Shown here: piece after piece, positions 60,266 to 64,000 of the stretch
Position numbering within the stretch: the first letter of the stretch is position 1
How the letters are laid out: each line of letters opens with the position of its first letter
Origin: an uncultured Gammaproteobacteria bacterium
Lineage (GTDB): Bacteria; Patescibacteriota; Microgenomatia; Levybacterales; GWA1-39-11
Reading direction: 5' to 3'
DNA: 64,000 nucleotides
Assembly (NCBI GenBank): GCA_964504535.1
Contig: CAZDED010000006.1
Location: 6,409-70,408, forward strand
Made by a program: the position numbers and the translations under genes
The notes under the pieces: model-generated
Databases searched by the model: none
What the model was told of the DNA's origin: nothing
Seen by the model: only the letters and a program-made list of their open reading frames with translations

Positions 60266-61169
60266 GGCGCATTATTGAGGAAAACCTAAAATATTCCATA
60301 AGTCTAAGCCCAAAATACCTTCCAACAACGATGTTAAGGGGAATTAATATCAAAATAAACTCAGGATACAGAAGAATGGTGTTTCTTAGGTGAATTGAGG
60401 AGAGCAGTAAGAATCCTAAGATTCCAATTGCAAACGTAACCATAGATATGATGGCCATTTCCTGTGCGCTTCTCTCTTGCTGCACAGCAATTATTTGTTC
60501 TGATAGAAGAATAAGAAGTAAAACAGGGAAAATAGAAAGTTGCTTTACTACTAAAATTCCTGCCATAGCAGACACCGTAAGAGTTAAAAATAGGAATATA
60601 GAAACAATAAACATAGAAAATGCCATTTTTGGAAGCTGCATGATCCTAACCTTTTTAAGTAATATCCTGGCAACAGTAGAGGAAAAAATAATGGTGGCCA
60701 AAAGTATCAGTCCAGCAGTGATTCCCGTCGAAAGGAGGGTGATGGAAAGAGCGACCGGCACTAACATTCCGATACTAGGAAGGCCAATGACGTGTCTAAT
60801 AAAAGCGATGATTGTGGCCAACATCGGCAATAGAAGTATAAGGATGACGGTTCTGGATGGAACACCGGCTTTTACAGATGACTGTATAAGAAATGCCATA
60901 AGATTGTACCAATTCAGTTTGTCTGCTGGCCTTTGCTTGAACAAATTAAGCGCTTGCGCATCTTCCGGTCCCTCTGGGCGGGTTACGTCTTGCTGTTGAA
61001 TTTTGGCAATAGCTGCCGCTTCCTTTGCCGATTCAGAAGCTGTTGCCGAATCTGTCGCAGCAGCTGGTATCTCCGGGTCACTACTGAAAAGGTCCTGAGC
61101 ATGCACTTTCGAAATAAACAAAAGACAGAAGACAACAGACAGTAGAAGGGTGGGGAATATACGTTTCAT
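60249..61169 (-). CDS. 7-TM membrane protein with a signal peptide and an N-terminal extracytoplasmic segment (7TM partner of RimK-like ATP-grasp systems)
   Basis: A signal peptide (MKRIFPTLLLSVVFCLLFISKVHA) and an ~80-aa Ala/Glu-rich segment are followed by seven hydrophobic helices. The gene overlaps the ATP-grasp gene by 17 bp. Confidence 0.5.
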   Translation of the reverse strand: MKRIFPTLLLSVVFCLLFISKVHAQDLFSSDPEIPAAATDSATASESAKEAAAIAKIQQQDVTRPEGPEDAQALNLFKQRPADKLNWYNLMAFLIQSSVKAGVPSRTVILILLLPMLATIIAFIRHVIGLPSIGMLVPVALSITLLSTGITAGLILLATIIFSSTVARILLKKVRIMQLPKMAFSMFIVSIFLFLTLTVSAMAGILVVKQLSIFPVLLLILLSEQIIAVQQERSAQEMAIISMVTFAIGILGFLLLSSIHLRNTILLYPEFILILIPLNIVVGRYFGLRLMEYFRFSSIMRHGSKS

Positions 61170-61208
61170 GGTGAGTTAATGGTATCAAATACGTACCTGG
61201 GGTTCAAC

Positions 61209-63044
61209 TTAATTCTTTCTTGTGCTGATTTTACGTTCAACTGCTGACAGATATCTTTTTCGAAGTCTAATGCTTTGAGGGGTTACCTCCAAAAGTTCAT
61301 CAGCATTTATAAAATCTAAAGCTTGTTCTAGCGAAAGTTCAACAGGAGTATTTATCTGGACAGAAAAATCCGATGTTGAAGATCTGACGTTTGTCATCTT
61401 TTTTCCTTTGGTCACATTTATTTCCATATCTCGATCCCTCGTTGAAATTCCGATGATCATACCCTCATAAACAGGAGTATTTGGCTTGATAAATAATGTT
61501 CCCCGTTCCTGAGCGTTCTCAAGTCCATATGACAAAGCATTACCGGAATCAAAAGAAATAAGTACTCCGTTTCTTTGTTCTTCAACTGCAGACTCTTCTT
61601 TGGGAAAGTAGCCTAAGAAAAATGTGTTAAGCTCAACTGTTCCACGAGTTTTGGTAAGCAGTATATTTCTGATACCAAGTAGATTCTTACTGCTGACTTT
61701 ATATACAAATCGTGTTATATTTCCAGGTTCTGGAGACATATTGATAAGGGTAGCTTTTCTCTTTGCAAATTCTTCGCTGATTGCACCGATATATTCTTGT
61801 CCCGCATCAATTGTCACTTCCTCATAAGGTTCTTGGACTTTTCCGTCGATAGTTTTATAGATGACCTGAGGCTTTGAGATTTCTAGCTCAAATCCTTCCC
61901 GTCTCATGTTTTCGATTAGAACGGCAAGATGAAGTTCACCTCGACCAGAGACTGCAAAATTTGATGACCCTTCTGCCTGCTCAATCTTTAACCCCAAATT
62001 TGTCTCTTTTTCTTTCAAAAGTCTATCCTTTATCTGAGATGATGAAAGCAACTTTCCTTCTTTACCCAAGAATGGGCTTGTGTTTGGTCCGATAGTGATC
62101 CTGATCGTCGGATCCTCAACATGAATTTTTGGAAGACTTTGTGGAGCAGATGGGTCTGTCACTGTCTGGCCGATGGTAAGCTGCGGAATACCTGCGATTG
62201 CAACTATATCCCCGGCGCTGACTTGTTCTACCTCAACCCTATCTAGTCCAACGCTTGTAAAAAGTTTTTGAACCCTACTTGTACCAATAACCTTATCTTC
62301 ATCGACTAAAGATACCATATCTCCCTTTTTTAGTCTTCCCCGTGTTACTGCTCCAATACAGATCTTTCCAACGTGTGGATCGGTATCAAGCGTTGAAATA
62401 AGCATTTGGAATGGTTGATCCTCATCTTTTACGCTATTTGGGATTTCGGATACTATCGCCTCAAAAAGTGGGGATAGGTCTCCAGGGGTGTCTTGTGTGT
62501 AATTTTCAGGTAACGTGTCAAATGCTTTACCGTCACGCCCAACAGCGTAGAGAGTCTTAAAGTTGAGATGATCATCATGAGTTGCAAGCTCTAAGAAAAG
62601 TCCTTCTGCCTCTTGTATGATCTCTAGTGGTCTAGCATCTTTTTTGTCTATCTTGTTGATAAGAAGAATGATCTTTAAGTGCTGTTCTAAAGCCTTTTTT
62701 AGTACAAATTTAGTCTGGGGGAGTGGACCTTCAACGGCATCAACCAGAAGGATTGCTCCATCTGCCATGTTGAGAATACGCTCAACTTCTCCTCCAAAAT
62801 CAGCATGTCCGGGTGTGTCAATGATATTGATCTTAACATCCTTATATTTTACCGAGTTGTTTTTTGAAAGAATGGTAATACCTTTCTCTTTCTCGAGGTC
62901 ATTTGAGTCCATGATGAGAGTCTCAGTCATCTCTTTTTGGTTGTCACGGAACGTGTGGGTTTGTTTTAACATTGAATCCACAAGAGTAGTTTTCCCGTGA
63001 TCAACGTGGGCAATAATTGCTATGTTCCGAATTTGTGTATCCAT
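61209..63044 (-). CDS. typA: translational GTPase TypA/BipA
   Basis: The G-domain motif IRNIAIIAHVDHGKTTL and EF-G-like domains are present. The start is the ATG at 63044. The upstream SFFYF extension in the ORF track is a translated terminator T-run and is rejected. Confidence 0.9.
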   Translation of the reverse strand: MDTQIRNIAIIAHVDHGKTTLVDSMLKQTHTFRDNQKEMTETLIMDSNDLEKEKGITILSKNNSVKYKDVKINIIDTPGHADFGGEVERILNMADGAILLVDAVEGPLPQTKFVLKKALEQHLKIILLINKIDKKDARPLEIIQEAEGLFLELATHDDHLNFKTLYAVGRDGKAFDTLPENYTQDTPGDLSPLFEAIVSEIPNSVKDEDQPFQMLISTLDTDPHVGKICIGAVTRGRLKKGDMVSLVDEDKVIGTSRVQKLFTSVGLDRVEVEQVSAGDIVAIAGIPQLTIGQTVTDPSAPQSLPKIHVEDPTIRITIGPNTSPFLGKEGKLLSSSQIKDRLLKEKETNLGLKIEQAEGSSNFAVSGRGELHLAVLIENMRREGFELEISKPQVIYKTIDGKVQEPYEEVTIDAGQEYIGAISEEFAKRKATLINMSPEPGNITRFVYKVSSKNLLGIRNILLTKTRGTVELNTFFLGYFPKEESAVEEQRNGVLISFDSGNALSYGLENAQERGTLFIKPNTPVYEGMIIGISTRDRDMEINVTKGKKMTNVRSSTSDFSVQINTPVELSLEQALDFINADELLEVTPQSIRLRKRYLSAVERKISTRKN

Positions 63045-63080
63045 ATTAAAATAAAAAAACGACACGCGGGCGCACGTGTC
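63045..63080 (-). terminator. intrinsic-terminator-like hairpin plus U-tract in the typA 5' leader (candidate attenuator)
   Basis: The minus strand reads GACACGTGCGCCCGCGTGTC (a ~7-8 bp GC-rich stem) followed by GTTTTTTTATTTTAAT, immediately before the typA ATG. A candidate extended -10 (TGGTATAAT) lies 5 nt upstream of the hairpin. Confidence 0.5.
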
Positions 63081-63131
63081 ATACTATAAGTTTCATTATA
63101 CCAAAAATAGGATATAATAGATACATTAAAT

Positions 63132-63617
63132 ATGAAACTCAAAACTAGCGTCATGAATTCGCGTATAAAGCGGATTCCTGTAACAAAGGAAGGATACGAT
63201 AAGCTTCAAAAGGAGCTCTTGCAGCTTCAAAAAGATAGACCTCAAGCAGTAAAAAATCTAGCTGATGCTAGAGGTATGGGTGACCTGTCAGAAAATGGGC
63301 TGTACACAGCTGCAAAATCCCGGCTTCGCTCAATAGATGCTCAGATATTCCGGACAGAAATTCAGATAAAATTGGCTGACATTATTGAAGGAAGTGATGG
63401 GAAAGTGTCTATTGGAAGTATTGTTACCGTCGAAAGTGGGAGTGGAAAGACTATTTTCAATATTGTTGGAGATTATGAGGCAAATCCTGCCGAGAAAAAG
63501 ATTTCCCAGCATTCACCCCTGGGTCGTGCACTTATGGGAAAGAAAGTAGGGGAGATGGCACAATTTGAGGCTCCAAAAGGTACAATTTCCTACAAAATAC
63601 TCTCAATCAATTCGTAG
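63132..63617 (+). CDS. greA: transcription elongation factor GreA
   Basis: An N-terminal coiled coil (PVTKEGYDKLQKELLQLQ) and a C-terminal FKBP-like domain are present. The real start may be the internal Met at 63153. Confidence 0.85.
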   Translation: MKLKTSVMNSRIKRIPVTKEGYDKLQKELLQLQKDRPQAVKNLADARGMGDLSENGLYTAAKSRLRSIDAQIFRTEIQIKLADIIEGSDGKVSIGSIVTVESGSGKTIFNIVGDYEANPAEKKISQHSPLGRALMGKKVGEMAQFEAPKGTISYKILSINS

Positions 63618-63630
63618 TATACTGACTCTG

Positions 63631-64000
63631 TGTCGCGTAAAAAAATCCGCCTTTTAGTATCAACAGTTGTTTTTCTCACATTTCTGGGATTTCAGGTTTA
63701 TAAGCAATATTATCCTCAAAAAACTGTTCTTTCAGTTTCAGACAATTCTAAACATGAAACTACAAACACTTTCAAAGTTGTAAAAGTCATCGATGGGGAC
63801 ACATTCAGTGTTTCATCAGACAACCAAACACTAAAAGTAAGGGTTTTGGGCATTAATACACCAGAAACTGTAGACCCGAGACGAAAGGTAGAATGTTTTG
63901 GGAAAGAGGCTTCGGATAAGGCTAAGAGTTTGCTTACTGGTCAAACGGTAAAATTGGAAACAGATCCTACCCAAGATGACAAAGATAAATATGGGAGACT
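63631..64000 (+). CDS. thermonuclease (SNase-like) with N-terminal TM anchor; 3' end outside the window
   Basis: A GTG start and a TM segment are followed by VIDGDTF...VRVLGINTPE, the staphylococcal-nuclease signature. The ORF is open to the window end. Confidence 0.7.

Noticed and set aside
63045-63065. A GTG-initiated extension of typA (MSFFYFN).
   Set aside because: It is the translated U-tract of the leader terminator. The conserved TypA N-terminus starts at MDTQIRNIAIIAHVDHGKT (ATG at 63044).

Overview
This is an AT-rich (roughly one-third GC), gene-dense bacterial window. The gene content looks like a reduced genome of the Patescibacteria/CPR type, but that is inferred from content only and cannot be verified here. 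The standard genetic code is in use, because TGA terminates conserved genes such as parB and the first GT4.

Layout by position:
- 1-2.5 kb: housekeeping genes (FtsW/RodA 3' end, rplU, rpmA, a ParB-like protein, signal peptidase I).
- 2.7-32.4 kb: a very large cell-surface glycosylation island. It holds about 8 polytopic GT-C-type membrane glycosyltransferases and about 6 small DPM1-like polyprenyl-phosphate GT2 enzymes. It also holds two GT4 enzymes, a Wzx-like flippase, an O-antigen-ligase-like protein and a nucleotide-sugar modification set (a TylC3-like C-methyltransferase, SDR dehydratase/reductases, a PseB-like 4,6-dehydratase and a nucleotide-sugar dehydrogenase).
- 32.4-46.5 kb: one long minus-strand block of gatC-gatA-gatB, a GGDEF protein, dnaE, the atpBEF(H)AGDC operon and a Big-domain protein.
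- 46.9-49.5 kb: a TrpR/YerC-like HTH gene apparently interrupted by a TGA at a conserved Arg position, followed by two tandem paralogous proteins of an unrecognised family.
- 49.5-55 kb: murT-gatD (lipid II isoglutaminyl synthase), htpX, lemA and PolX.
- 55-64 kb: tRNA-Asp(GTC), a LysM protein, tRNA-Gly(CCC), two paralogous small 2-TM proteins, pyrG, rplS, a RimK-like ATP-grasp/retropepsin plus 7TM module, typA, greA and the 5' part of a thermonuclease.

No transposase, integrase or CRISPR array was seen.

Two recurrent sequence-level observations stand out. First, many genes have a near-consensus sigma70-type promoter (TTGACW, 17 bp spacer, TAnAAT) only 6-11 nt upstream of the start codon with no Shine-Dalgarno sequence, which implies leaderless or very short-leader mRNAs. 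Second, a GC-rich hairpin followed by a U-tract sits in the typA leader.
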